Shown: positions 25,304-33,474 of the stretch, piece by piece
Numbering within the stretch: position 1 is the stretch's first letter
How the letters are laid out: the number at the start of each line of letters is the position of its first letter
Source: a virus
DNA: 64,000 nt
Virus record (IMG/VR): IMGVR_UViG_3300031450_000090
Strand: one strand, 5' to 3'
Translations under genes and position numbers: made by a program
The notes under the pieces: generated by a model
What the model was told of the DNA's origin: nothing
What the model saw: the letters and a program-made list of their open reading frames with translations, nothing else
Databases searched by the model: none

Positions 25304-25926
25304 AGCCCACGGCCGTGGACCCGATCAACTCGTTCCAGCGCGACGACATGAGTCTTCGGGCGCGCCGGGTCCGCCGCGACATCCGCGGCCGCACGGCGGC
25401 CGTGAAGGGCAGGCGCCCCGACCTGCTCGGCCCCACGAAGGAGCGGTCGGAGAAGCCCGATCATCCGGTGAAGACCGCTGGCGGTTTCTACCGGGCACCG
25501 ATGCCGATCGAGCGCCTGCGTGACCAGAACAAACTCGACCCGCTCCCGCATTTGAACCAGGCGATGTACGAGGCCTCGGAAAAGCTGGTGGGCTATTATG
25601 AGGGCGCACGCCTGGTCGGCGTGAAGGCGCAGGATCTGACCCGGGTCAGCGGCGGCGGCGGCGACAATGACGCGCCGGACCGCGCCGAGCATTGCCGGGC
25701 CGAGTTCAGAAAAGCCTGCGTGCTCATGGGCTGGCCGTCGGCCTTTCCTCATCGCGGGGCAGGGCGGCTGACAGTGGCGGTGGTCTGCGAGGGCCACGGG
25801 GTCAAGCAGGCGGCCGACCTCTACCGGCCCGGTGGCTCCGACGCGGCGCGGCTCGGCGCCGGAATGGATGCGCTCCGCGAGGGGCTGTTCGCTCTCGCCG
25901 TGCATTGGCGTTTGGTGCGCGGCTGA
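25300..25926 (+). CDS. Putative late-gene regulator (DUF6456-like, Q-analog position)
   Basis: ATG 25300; C-terminal VAVVCEG.GV...LREGLFALAVHW; immediately upstream of a promoter-terminator pair. Confidence 0.6.
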   Translation: MKPTAVDPINSFQRDDMSLRARRVRRDIRGRTAAVKGRRPDLLGPTKERSEKPDHPVKTAGGFYRAPMPIERLRDQNKLDPLPHLNQAMYEASEKLVGYYEGARLVGVKAQDLTRVSGGGGDNDAPDRAEHCRAEFRKACVLMGWPSAFPHRGAGRLTVAVVCEGHGVKQAADLYRPGGSDAARLGAGMDALREGLFALAVHWRLVRG

Positions 25927-25935
25927 GTCCGGCCC

Positions 25936-25965
25936 TTGCACTTGGCACCGAGATCTGCCTATAAA
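25936..25965 (+). promoter_or_regulatory. Putative late (PR'-like) promoter
   Basis: TTGCAC-N18-TATAAA. Confidence 0.5.
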
Positions 25966-25985
25966 AGCCCATCGCACAGATTTGC

Positions 25986-26018
25986 GCCCGGAGCCGGAAA
26001 CGGTGATCCGGGCTTTTT
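25986..26018 (+). terminator. Rho-independent terminator (tR'-like)
   Basis: GCCCGGA-GCCG-GAAA-CGGT-GA-TCCGGGC then TTTTT. Confidence 0.7.
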
Positions 26019-26038
26019 CGTCTCTTGAGGGTCGCGAT

Positions 26039-26293
26039 GTGAGCCCTGCCGACGAACTCGCGACCGAGATCCTCAAGATCCGTCGCGACGTGCAGCAGAT
26101 CGACGCGCTAAGCCGCACGCGACCGCACATCTTCGCCGAACAGAAAGACGCGCTGGCCAAGCGCCTCGATGGGGTCGCGACGAAGCTGCGCGTCACCTTC
26201 GGCGGCACGCCCACCCGGTACCGCACGGGCGCGATCGTGAGTGGCAAGGGGCGTCACGTCCAGGTCGAGCGCCGCAGGGCCGGGGCAGGATGA
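26039..26293 (+). CDS. Hypothetical protein
   Basis: GAGGG RBS, GTG 26039; helical. Confidence 0.55.
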   Translation: MSPADELATEILKIRRDVQQIDALSRTRPHIFAEQKDALAKRLDGVATKLRVTFGGTPTRYRTGAIVSGKGRHVQVERRRAGAG

Positions 26294-26451
26294 TCAAGAC
26301 CGAGCGCTTCGCCTATTTCGACAACGACTGCCAGCATCATGAGGTGCTGCAGATTTGGGCCAGGATTCCGGCCACCGGCGTGTGGATGATCGTCTCGACC
26401 CAGGCCGTGACGATCGACCCGAACCGTGTCCCGGTCTTCCCCACCCGCTAA
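26290..26451 (+). CDS. 53-aa hypothetical protein (below the ORF-track cutoff)
   Basis: ATGA overlap; MIKTERFAYFDNDCQHHEVLQIWARIPATGVWMIVSTQAVTIDPNRVPVFPTR. Confidence 0.5.
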   Translation: MIKTERFAYFDNDCQHHEVLQIWARIPATGVWMIVSTQAVTIDPNRVPVFPTR

Positions 26452-26473
26452 CCATGCTCCGGGAGGTCCCGCG

Positions 26474-26713
26474 ATGCGCCAACGCTCCGCGGTGCGGGAC
26501 TACGGCGCGCCGCCGCAGGCCGACGCTCCCGTGCCGGCGCAGCCGGTGCCGATCGTCTGGGTGCTGGCCCAGCTGACCCCGCACTTCGCGGTGCTCGGCG
26601 CCTCGCGCTGCTACTTTCGGCTGCGCGACGAGTTTCTCGACCTGTGCCGCACGGCCGATGCCGAGGGCCGCGTCGTGACCATGGCGCTGCTGCCAACGGA
26701 CCTCCTGCCGTAA
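26474..26713 (+). CDS. Hypothetical protein
   Basis: GGAGGT RBS, ATG 26474. Confidence 0.5.
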   Translation: MRQRSAVRDYGAPPQADAPVPAQPVPIVWVLAQLTPHFAVLGASRCYFRLRDEFLDLCRTADAEGRVVTMALLPTDLLP

Positions 26714-26722
26714 GATTTTCCC

Positions 26723-27703
26723 ATGCCCAACCTGCCGGCTCTCTGCGACAGCAGACCGATCGGCGGGAATGGCGTTGCGACCGCAGATTTCACGGATGTA
26801 CTGAAATCTGCGGTCGACTATGCCCGAGCCGAAACGTCGGAGGGTACGCGCCGCGCCTACGCCAGTGACTGGCGCGCCTTCGAGGCCTGGTGTGCCTCAG
26901 TGGCACAACAGCCGCTGCCGGCCTCCACGGCCGCCGTGGCGGGCTACCTGGCCCATATGGCCGACGCTGGCCTGAAGGCATCCACCATCAATCGCCGCGC
27001 CGCGGCCATCGCCTACCGGCACCGCCTGGCCAACCTGACGCCGCCGACCGGCGCCGAGAGCGTGAAAGCGGTGCAGCGCGGCATCCGCCGCACCATCGGC
27101 ACCCGGGTCGACCGCAAAGCGCCGGCGACCGCCAAGGCCATCAAGGCCATGGTGGCGGCGATCCCCGACACACTCGCCGGCCGGCGCGATCGCGCGCTGC
27201 TGCTGACCGGATTCGCGGCCGCGCTGCGGCGCTCCGAGCTCGTGGCGCTCGACGTCGACGACCTCGAGCGAACGCCGGACGGCCTCTTCGTCCACATCAG
27301 GCACTCGAAGACCGACCAGGAGGGCGCCGGCCACATCGTGGCGGTGCCGCGCGGCGGCAGGCTGAGGCCGGTTCACGCCGTCGAGGACTGGCTCGAGGCG
27401 GCCGGCATCACGACGGGCGCGGTGTTCCGGTCGATCGGCAAGGGCGGGACACTGAGCGGCAAGCGGTTGAGCGACCGCTCCGTCGCCGACATCGTCAAGC
27501 GCTGGGCCGCCGCCGCGAAGCTCGATCCGACGTTGTTCGCGGGGCACTCGCTGCGGGCCGGCTTCGTGACCTCGGCGCTTGAGGCCGGCGCCGACCCGCT
27601 GAAGGTGATGGACGTCACCCGGCACAGCCAGGTGCAGACCCTCAAGGGCTACGACCGCCGCGCCAAGGCCTTCAAGGACCACGCCGGCAAGGGATTCCTG
27701 TGA
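26723..27703 (+). CDS. Cre/TnpS-like tyrosine recombinase
   Basis: N-terminal SAM-like domain TRRAYASDW..FEAWC; catalytic R (LRRSEL), K (SKTDQ), HSLR, H/Y (HSQVQTLKGY). Lies mid-genome, not at a prophage end. Confidence 0.92.
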   Translation: MPNLPALCDSRPIGGNGVATADFTDVLKSAVDYARAETSEGTRRAYASDWRAFEAWCASVAQQPLPASTAAVAGYLAHMADAGLKASTINRRAAAIAYRHRLANLTPPTGAESVKAVQRGIRRTIGTRVDRKAPATAKAIKAMVAAIPDTLAGRRDRALLLTGFAAALRRSELVALDVDDLERTPDGLFVHIRHSKTDQEGAGHIVAVPRGGRLRPVHAVEDWLEAAGITTGAVFRSIGKGGTLSGKRLSDRSVADIVKRWAAAAKLDPTLFAGHSLRAGFVTSALEAGADPLKVMDVTRHSQVQTLKGYDRRAKAFKDHAGKGFL

Positions 27704-27942
27704 TGCAAGTTTCTGCGATACACGCATTGGCCAGCGCAGCCATGGGCCTGTGTGTTCCAGCTCCCGCCGACATGGTGCTGCCGTCCGCGCCGCGGCCGAC
27801 GCGCCGCACCGTGGCGGCCCTGCACCGCTCCATCGGGCGCTCGCGCTACAGCGGTGCCCATACCCGCGCCATCCAGGCCGACCCACATCGCCAGGAATGC
27901 GTCCGTCGACGCCGGCAGGCGGCCCAGCGCGTAGCGGCCTGA
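27700..27942 (+). CDS. Hypothetical protein
   Basis: Overlapping start; weak support. Confidence 0.4.
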   Translation: MMQVSAIHALASAAMGLCVPAPADMVLPSAPRPTRRTVAALHRSIGRSRYSGAHTRAIQADPHRQECVRRRRQAAQRVAA

Positions 27943-27946
27943 GGCC

Positions 27947-28081
27947 GTGCGATCCGTCCTGCTGTGCGCCGCTATCTGGATCGGCGCGAGCGGGGCGGCC
28001 GCGATCGGCATGATGGAGGCCGGCCGCATCCTCTCCGACGCGATCGGCGCCGTCCTGGCCGCCACCGTCTTGGGCTTCTGA
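27947..28081 (+). CDS. 44-aa hydrophobic peptide (below the track cutoff)
   Basis: GAGG, GTG; MRSVLLCAAIWIGASGAAAIGMMEAGRILSDAIGAVLAATVLGF; fills the gap between neighbours. Confidence 0.4.
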   Translation: MRSVLLCAAIWIGASGAAAIGMMEAGRILSDAIGAVLAATVLGF

Positions 28082-28083
28082 CC

Positions 28084-28596
28084 ATGGATTCCTCGCCCTG
28101 GATCGTGCGCCGCGGCCGTGCCGATGCGTGGCAGTACGTCTGGAAGGCAACGAGCGATGCGGCGGCCGTCGTGTGGACCGACCACGAGACAGAGGCGCAG
28201 CGCTTCGGGAGCAAGGCGTCTGCCCTGACCTTGGCGGAACGGATCGCGGCCGGCGGCACCGAGGTCGCGGTGTTCTCGCCGGAAGTCCCCGCGACGCCTG
28301 CCATCGGCAGCTTCGTGTGCAGCTTCACGTCGATCGAGGCCATCCGGTTCGACGGGACCCGCGAATCCGCCCTGGCGATCGCCGCCGCTTTCCCCGGCCG
28401 GGTCGGGCTCGACGTCGCCCAGGACGACGTGCTGCTGGCCCTGTCGCGTGACCCGCTGCTCGGCCGCGAGGCGCTGCGCCCGGTGCCGCCCGGTTCGTGG
28501 CTGGTGGCGCGCTACGGCCGCATGGGCCAGCTCGACCTCTTCACCGACCGCCACTTCCGGGTTCTGCACGAGCCCTATCCCACGAGCCTCGCATGA
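28084..28596 (+). CDS. Hypothetical protein
   Basis: ATG 28084; C-terminal IEAIRFDGT...PGSWLV motif recalled from phage proteins. Confidence 0.6.
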   Translation: MDSSPWIVRRGRADAWQYVWKATSDAAAVVWTDHETEAQRFGSKASALTLAERIAAGGTEVAVFSPEVPATPAIGSFVCSFTSIEAIRFDGTRESALAIAAAFPGRVGLDVAQDDVLLALSRDPLLGREALRPVPPGSWLVARYGRMGQLDLFTDRHFRVLHEPYPTSLA

Positions 28597-28943
28597 GCAC
28601 CGGAAGCGCCGTCAAGGCGATCAACCCCGCGGCCGCGTCGCCGTTCGCCAATTTCAGCAACGGCGCCCTGGCCGACGCCCTGGGCGACCTCGAGGCCACC
28701 ATCGAGCTGGCGCAGAAACGCCAGAAGCTGGCGCGCGACGAGATGACCCGTCGCCACGCCAATTGGCTCGACGGGACGCGCTTCAGCGTCGCCAAGGCCA
28801 CGCTCGACACCCATACGCTGGACGCCAAAGCCGTTCGGCTCGAGATGGGCGACGCCTGGTACGAGGCGCGCCAGAAGCCCGGCACCCGGACCACCTATAC
28901 GGTGACCGCAAAGCCGCTCGAGCAGCTCGGCGTTTCCGCGTGA
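28593..28943 (+). CDS. Hypothetical phage protein
   Basis: ATGA-coupled; coiled coil followed by beta-rich end. Confidence 0.65.
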   Translation: MSTGSAVKAINPAAASPFANFSNGALADALGDLEATIELAQKRQKLARDEMTRRHANWLDGTRFSVAKATLDTHTLDAKAVRLEMGDAWYEARQKPGTRTTYTVTAKPLEQLGVSA

Positions 28944-29197
28944 GCCTACGGTCGAGCCGCTGGCTGATCGAGCTGCGCGAGGGCTTGCGGCCGCAGGGCC
29001 TCTACCTGCATGCGTTCGACGACGGCGGGCAGGAATGGTCTTCCGACTGGGCCCGCGCGCTGCGCTTCGCCACCAAGCAGGACGCCGAGCGCTTCGGCTT
29101 CGACCACCTCGATCGCGACTTCGTCGCCTCCGAGCACATGGCCGTCGATTTGGTCGAGCATCCCGATCGCGAGGACGCGCTGGAAGACGCCTTCTGA
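28940..29197 (+). CDS. Hypothetical protein
   Basis: GTGA-coupled; WSSDWARALRFATKQDAE. Confidence 0.6.
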   Translation: MSLRSSRWLIELREGLRPQGLYLHAFDDGGQEWSSDWARALRFATKQDAERFGFDHLDRDFVASEHMAVDLVEHPDREDALEDAF

Positions 29198-29325
29198 ACC
29201 TACCCTCGTCCGACGAGACGGGGGCCTGGGCTGCGCAAACAGCCCGAGCCGCGAGCTCACAACTCGCATGACCTTGAGCCGGCCGCTCCCGCGGCCATCC
29301 CGCCACCGCACGTGCGGCCGGGTCG

Positions 29326-30117
29326 ATGAGCCTCAAGACCATGCAACAGATCGTTACTGCCCCGGCTCCGCCGGTCTCTCGGCCCGGCGACGTTTGGATG
29401 CTGGGTCGCCACACGCTCGTCTGCGGCGACTCGCGGGATGCCGCCATTGCGGCGCTGGCGCTCCGAGGCGCGGCACCGCAGCTGATGGTGACAGATCCGC
29501 CCTACGGCGTGAGCTACGACCCGGAATGGCGCGTCAGGGCGGCGCGGGCCGGCCTGCTCGGCAAAAGGATCGGCGCCGCCGCGATCGGCAAGGTCGCCAA
29601 CGACGATCGCGCCGACTGGCGCGACGCCTGGGCCCACTATCTGGGCGACGTCGCCTACGTGTGGCACGGCGCCCTCAACGGATGCATCGTTCGGACGAGC
29701 CTCGAAGCGACGGGCTTCCTGATCCGGTCGCAGATCATCTGGGACAAGGGCCGGCTGATCATCAGCCGCGGCCACTACCACTGGCGTCACGAGCCCTGCT
29801 GGTACGCGGTCCGCCGCGGCCGCACCGCCCACTGGGCCGGCGACCGCAAGCAGGTGACGGTGTGGCAGGTGCCGCACCGCCGCAGCGAGACCGGCCACAG
29901 CACGCAGAAGCCCATCGAGGTGATGCAGCGTCCGATGCTGAACCACACGCGGCCGGGTGACTCCGTCTACGACCCTTTCGTGGGCTCGGGCACGACGATC
30001 GTGGCGGCGGAGAGCATCGGGCGTGTTGTCCATGCGATCGAGATCGACCCCGTCTACGTCGACGTCGCGGTCCGCCGCTGGGAGAAGCTGACCGGACGCA
30101 CGGCCGAGAAAGCTTGA
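29326..30117 (+). CDS. Beta-class N4/N6 DNA methyltransferase
   Basis: LGRHTLVCGDS, VTDPPY, HSTQKP, YDPFVGSGTT, IEIDPVY. Confidence 0.92.
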   Translation: MSLKTMQQIVTAPAPPVSRPGDVWMLGRHTLVCGDSRDAAIAALALRGAAPQLMVTDPPYGVSYDPEWRVRAARAGLLGKRIGAAAIGKVANDDRADWRDAWAHYLGDVAYVWHGALNGCIVRTSLEATGFLIRSQIIWDKGRLIISRGHYHWRHEPCWYAVRRGRTAHWAGDRKQVTVWQVPHRRSETGHSTQKPIEVMQRPMLNHTRPGDSVYDPFVGSGTTIVAAESIGRVVHAIEIDPVYVDVAVRRWEKLTGRTAEKA

Positions 30118-30148
30118 AGGGGCGGGGTCACACCCGGGCCGCGGTTTG

Positions 30149-30176
30149 GCTTCCGGGAAGCACAGTTATCGGAAGT
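30149..30176 (-). repeat. dif/lox-like element, copy i (intergenic)
   Basis: Minus strand ACTTCCGATAA-CTGTGC-TTCCCGGAAGC. Confidence 0.9.
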
Positions 30177-30207
30177 GAACCGCTCTCTGAATCGGTGTTG
30201 ATGCGCG

Positions 30208-30750
30208 ATGCGGATCGAGGTGAAGTTCTCGGGCTCGAGCCTGGCCGGTTTCGCGGATCGGGTCGCGGCGTTGGGAGCCCAGGGCCAGGTCGAGCTGGCT
30301 CGCGGCCTGAACGAAGCCGGAGATCTTGTCCGGACGCAGGTCCGACGCGCCCTCAAGGACCAGATGGGTGTCACCCATTATTCCACGATCGTGGACACCA
30401 CGGGGTCCCGACCGGCGACCCCGAACGGCACTGGCGTGCTGGACTACGAGATCAACGCTTCGGCCAAGGGTTTGCGGATCGCCGAGTTCCCTGTCTCGGC
30501 GAGCGCCGGGGGACCCGTCACGGCGATGACCTGGGGTGTTCCGCACACGTTTCAGCGGTCTTTCGTGACAAGCAAGAGGGGCCTCTTGCGCGCCCGTCGT
30601 GGGGCCGCTCGGGAGCCGATCCGGACCCTCAAGGGGCCGTCGCCCGCGAAGGAACTCGTCAAGGAACAGAGCCTCCACACATTCGAGCACGCCGTCGCGT
30701 CGGTCGTGGAACCGGTCGTGGTTAGGCGCCTGGCGCGGCTCGTGCCGTAG
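30208..30750 (+). CDS. Lambda gpZ-like minor tail / tail-completion protein
   Basis: LARGLNEAG..VRTQVRRAL...F.....R...R.PIR.L.GPS pattern. Confidence 0.65.
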   Translation: MRIEVKFSGSSLAGFADRVAALGAQGQVELARGLNEAGDLVRTQVRRALKDQMGVTHYSTIVDTTGSRPATPNGTGVLDYEINASAKGLRIAEFPVSASAGGPVTAMTWGVPHTFQRSFVTSKRGLLRARRGAAREPIRTLKGPSPAKELVKEQSLHTFEHAVASVVEPVVVRRLARLVP

Positions 30751-30885
30751 CCGGCCCGTGTGAGGCCCGTGGGCGGGCATCCGGGCTGTAGAGGTCGGGC
30801 GGACAGCGGAGTAGGTAGCATGGGGCGTCACAGGGCCGTTTCGCAGGCACCGCAGGCCGCCTGTCGGCCCCTCGCCGAGGCAATT

Positions 30886-30930
30886 GGGTCCTCCCCAGCC
30901 GGGCCCGGCCGCCCGCGGGTGCCAAAGCAT
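30886..30930 (+). other. Candidate cos region
   Basis: GGGTCCTCCC...CGCGGGTGC just upstream of terS, resembling motifs recalled from cos phages with lambda-type terminase; position only, cut site not identified. Confidence 0.3.
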
Positions 30931-30975
30931 GCGGAACCCCTCTAGTTCCAGGCCATTTTTCCGAGGTTCGCAGGG

Positions 30976-31551
30976 GTGGCGACAGGGATCTCCGGACGGC
31001 GACTCGCCAAGGAGCTTGGGCTCTCCGAGGCCGCGGTCCGCAAAGCCGTCAGGGCAGGGCGCATCAAGCCCCTCGCGGATGGCTCCTTCGATGTCGACAC
31101 TTGCCGCGAAGCCTGGGGCAAAGCCACCGATCCGGCGCGCACCAAGGTTCGCGAACCTGCGCACCAAGGTACGCGCACCCCGGTGCGCACCGCGGAGGAA
31201 GCCAAGGCCGCCGTCGCGCTGATCGCGCGTGTGCTGACCGCCGAGGGCATCACCTACTCGGGCGAGGTCGACTACAACGCCGCCCGCACGGCCGACACGA
31301 TCCTGAAAGCCTACGAGCGCGACCTGAAGATCGCGCAGCGCCGCAGGGAGCTGGTTCCGATCGCTAGCGTCAAGGAACACGTCGGGCGCAGCTTCATCGG
31401 CCTGCGCCAAGCCATCCAGAGGATTCCGAGCCGCCACGTGCCGGCGATCGCCGCGGAGCTCGGCTGCGACCCCGCCGCCCTCGACGCGGCCCTGGCGAAA
31501 GCGATCGCGATCGAACTCGATGCTCTGTCAGCTCCGGTGGTCAGAGCCTGA
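30976..31551 (+). CDS. terS: Terminase small subunit
   Basis: N-terminal wHTH ISGRRLAKELGLSEAAVRKAV..GRI; C-terminal ELV....IQRIPSR; precedes terL. Confidence 0.85.
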   Translation: MATGISGRRLAKELGLSEAAVRKAVRAGRIKPLADGSFDVDTCREAWGKATDPARTKVREPAHQGTRTPVRTAEEAKAAVALIARVLTAEGITYSGEVDYNAARTADTILKAYERDLKIAQRRRELVPIASVKEHVGRSFIGLRQAIQRIPSRHVPAIAAELGCDPAALDAALAKAIAIELDALSAPVVRA

Positions 31552-33469
31552 CACCGCCTACGCGGGCGCCGAGGACGTCGAGGCTGCGCTCCGCGACGCC
31601 GTTCGTCCCGACCCGATCCTGACGGTCTCGGAGTGGGCCGACCGCTACCGTATCCTCTCGACGAAGCTCGCGGCCGAGGCCGGCCGGTACCGCACGGCCC
31701 GCACGCCGTTCCTGCGCGACGTCATGGACGCGCTGTCGCCGACCCATCCGGCCCGACGGGTCGTGTTCATGAAGGCGGCCCAGGTCGGGGCGACCGAGGC
31801 CGGCAACAACTGGCTCGGCTTCATCATCCACTGGTCGCCGGCGCCCGTCATGGCGGTCTGGCCCACGGTGGACACCGCAAAAAAGGTCAGCCAGCAGCGC
31901 ATCGGGCCGCTGATCGAGGATAGCCCCGAGCTTGCAGCGCTGATCGCGCCGTCGAAGCAGAAGGATTCCGGCAACACCGTCCTGGCGAAGAGCTTCCCGG
32001 GCGGCATCCTGGTGATGACGGGCGCCAACTCCGGCGTCGGGCTCAGGTCCATGCCGGCCCGCTACGCCTTCCTCGACGAGATCGACGCCTATCCGGGCGA
32101 CGTCGACGGCGAGGGCGATCCGATCGCCCTGGTGGCCAACCGCACCACGACCTTCGGCCGCTCGGCCAAGATGTTCTTGGTGTCGACTCCCACACTGCAC
32201 GGCGAGAGCCGCGTCGAACGGGAGTTCGAGGCCTCCGACCAGCGCCGCTATTTCGTGCCGTGTCCGCATTGCGGGGCCGAGCAGTGGCTCAAGTTCGAGC
32301 GGCTGAAGTGGGAACCGGGCCGACCCGAGGCCGCCGCCTACATCTGCGAGGCCGAGGGCTGCGAACAGCCGATCGCCGAGCGGCACAAGACGGCCATGCT
32401 GGCGGCCGGTTGCTGGCAGTCCACGGCTGAGCCCAAGGACCCGGGCGCCGTCGGGTTCCACATCTCGGCGCTCTACTCGCCGCTCGGCTGGCTGTCCTGG
32501 GAGGACCTGGCCCGCGAATACGAGGCCGCGGCGGGCGACAATGCCAAGCTGAAGACCTTCAAGAACACGCGCCTCGGCGAGACATGGTTCGAGCAGGGCG
32601 ACCAGCTCGACTGGGAGCGCATCTACGCCCGCCGCGAGTCCTGGCCGGCAGGCACGGTGCCGCGCGGCGCCAGCTTGCTGATGGCCGCGGTCGACGTCCA
32701 GGCGAGCCCAGCCCGGCTCGAGCTGCACGTCTGGGGTTTCGGCGAGGCGCTCGAGAGCTGGGCGATCGACTGCCGCACGTTCCCTGGCGCGGCCGACGAT
32801 CCCGCCACTTGGCGTGGCGTCGAAGAGGCGCTCGACGACACCTGGACCCACGCGTCCGGCGCCGAGCTGAGGATCGACCTGCTCGCCGTCGACACCGGCG
32901 ACCAGACGACCGCGGTCTACAGCTGGATCGCCAAGCAGGATCAGGCCCGCGTGCTCGCCATCAAGGGCAAGCGCGGCTTCGAGATCAACGCCCCGGTGGG
33001 GACGCCCACCTACATCGCGCTCGGCAACCGCCGCAAGGCCATCGCGCTCCGCACCGTCACGGGCGACGTGTTCAAGGCCGAGCTCTACCGATTCCTGGCG
33101 CTGCCCCGGCCGACCGACGAGGAGGTCGCGGGATCGGGCTATCCGCCAGGCACCGTCCATATCCCGGACCGTCTCGACGCCGAATGGTGCCGCCAGCTCG
33201 TCGCCGAGCGTCGCGTTCGTCTGAAGTCCGGCCGCTTCGAGTGGCGCAAGGAGCACCTGCGCAACGAGGCCCTCGACTGCCGGGTCTACGCCCGCGCGGC
33301 GCTGTGGACCATGGGGGTCGCGGCCTGGAAGCCGGCGAAGTGGCGCAGCCTGCGCGACCGCCGCGGCCTCGACCACGTGCCCGTCGCATCCGCCCCCGTG
33401 CCGCCAAGGCCTCCGCGGGTGCGGGCACCCGCTCGCCGGGTGGTCCGCTCCGGCTACATGATGGATTGA
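31520..33469 (+). CDS. terL: Terminase large subunit, lambda GpA family
   Basis: TVSEWADRYR, KAAQVGATE, YAFLDEIDAY, VSTPT, SDQRRYFVPCPHCG, GFHISALYS, RNEALDC.VYA. Confidence 0.95.
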   Translation: MLCQLRWSEPDTAYAGAEDVEAALRDAVRPDPILTVSEWADRYRILSTKLAAEAGRYRTARTPFLRDVMDALSPTHPARRVVFMKAAQVGATEAGNNWLGFIIHWSPAPVMAVWPTVDTAKKVSQQRIGPLIEDSPELAALIAPSKQKDSGNTVLAKSFPGGILVMTGANSGVGLRSMPARYAFLDEIDAYPGDVDGEGDPIALVANRTTTFGRSAKMFLVSTPTLHGESRVEREFEASDQRRYFVPCPHCGAEQWLKFERLKWEPGRPEAAAYICEAEGCEQPIAERHKTAMLAAGCWQSTAEPKDPGAVGFHISALYSPLGWLSWEDLAREYEAAAGDNAKLKTFKNTRLGETWFEQGDQLDWERIYARRESWPAGTVPRGASLLMAAVDVQASPARLELHVWGFGEALESWAIDCRTFPGAADDPATWRGVEEALDDTWTHASGAELRIDLLAVDTGDQTTAVYSWIAKQDQARVLAIKGKRGFEINAPVGTPTYIALGNRRKAIALRTVTGDVFKAELYRFLALPRPTDEEVAGSGYPPGTVHIPDRLDAEWCRQLVAERRVRLKSGRFEWRKEHLRNEALDCRVYARAALWTMGVAAWKPAKWRSLRDRRGLDHVPVASAPVPPRPPRVRAPARRVVRSGYMMD

Positions 33470-33474
33470 TCCTG

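Noticed and set aside
26700-26725. CTGCCGTAA-GATT-TTCCC just upstream of the recombinase
   Set aside because: Missing base in the left arm, wrong spacer and incomplete right arm; at most a very degenerate copy.
26723-27703. Calling this recombinase the prophage integrase with a nearby att site
   Set aside because: Phage genes continue on both sides, and no host genes, tRNA or att-like duplication were found.
31541-33376. Long antisense or alternate-frame ORFs over core genes (also 19544..21328, 33645..35318, 35315..36970, 41980..44145, 43281..45764, 51178..53337)
   Set aside because: Shadow ORFs expected in high-GC DNA; they overlap genes with clear family motifs and have Arg/Gly/Pro-biased translations.
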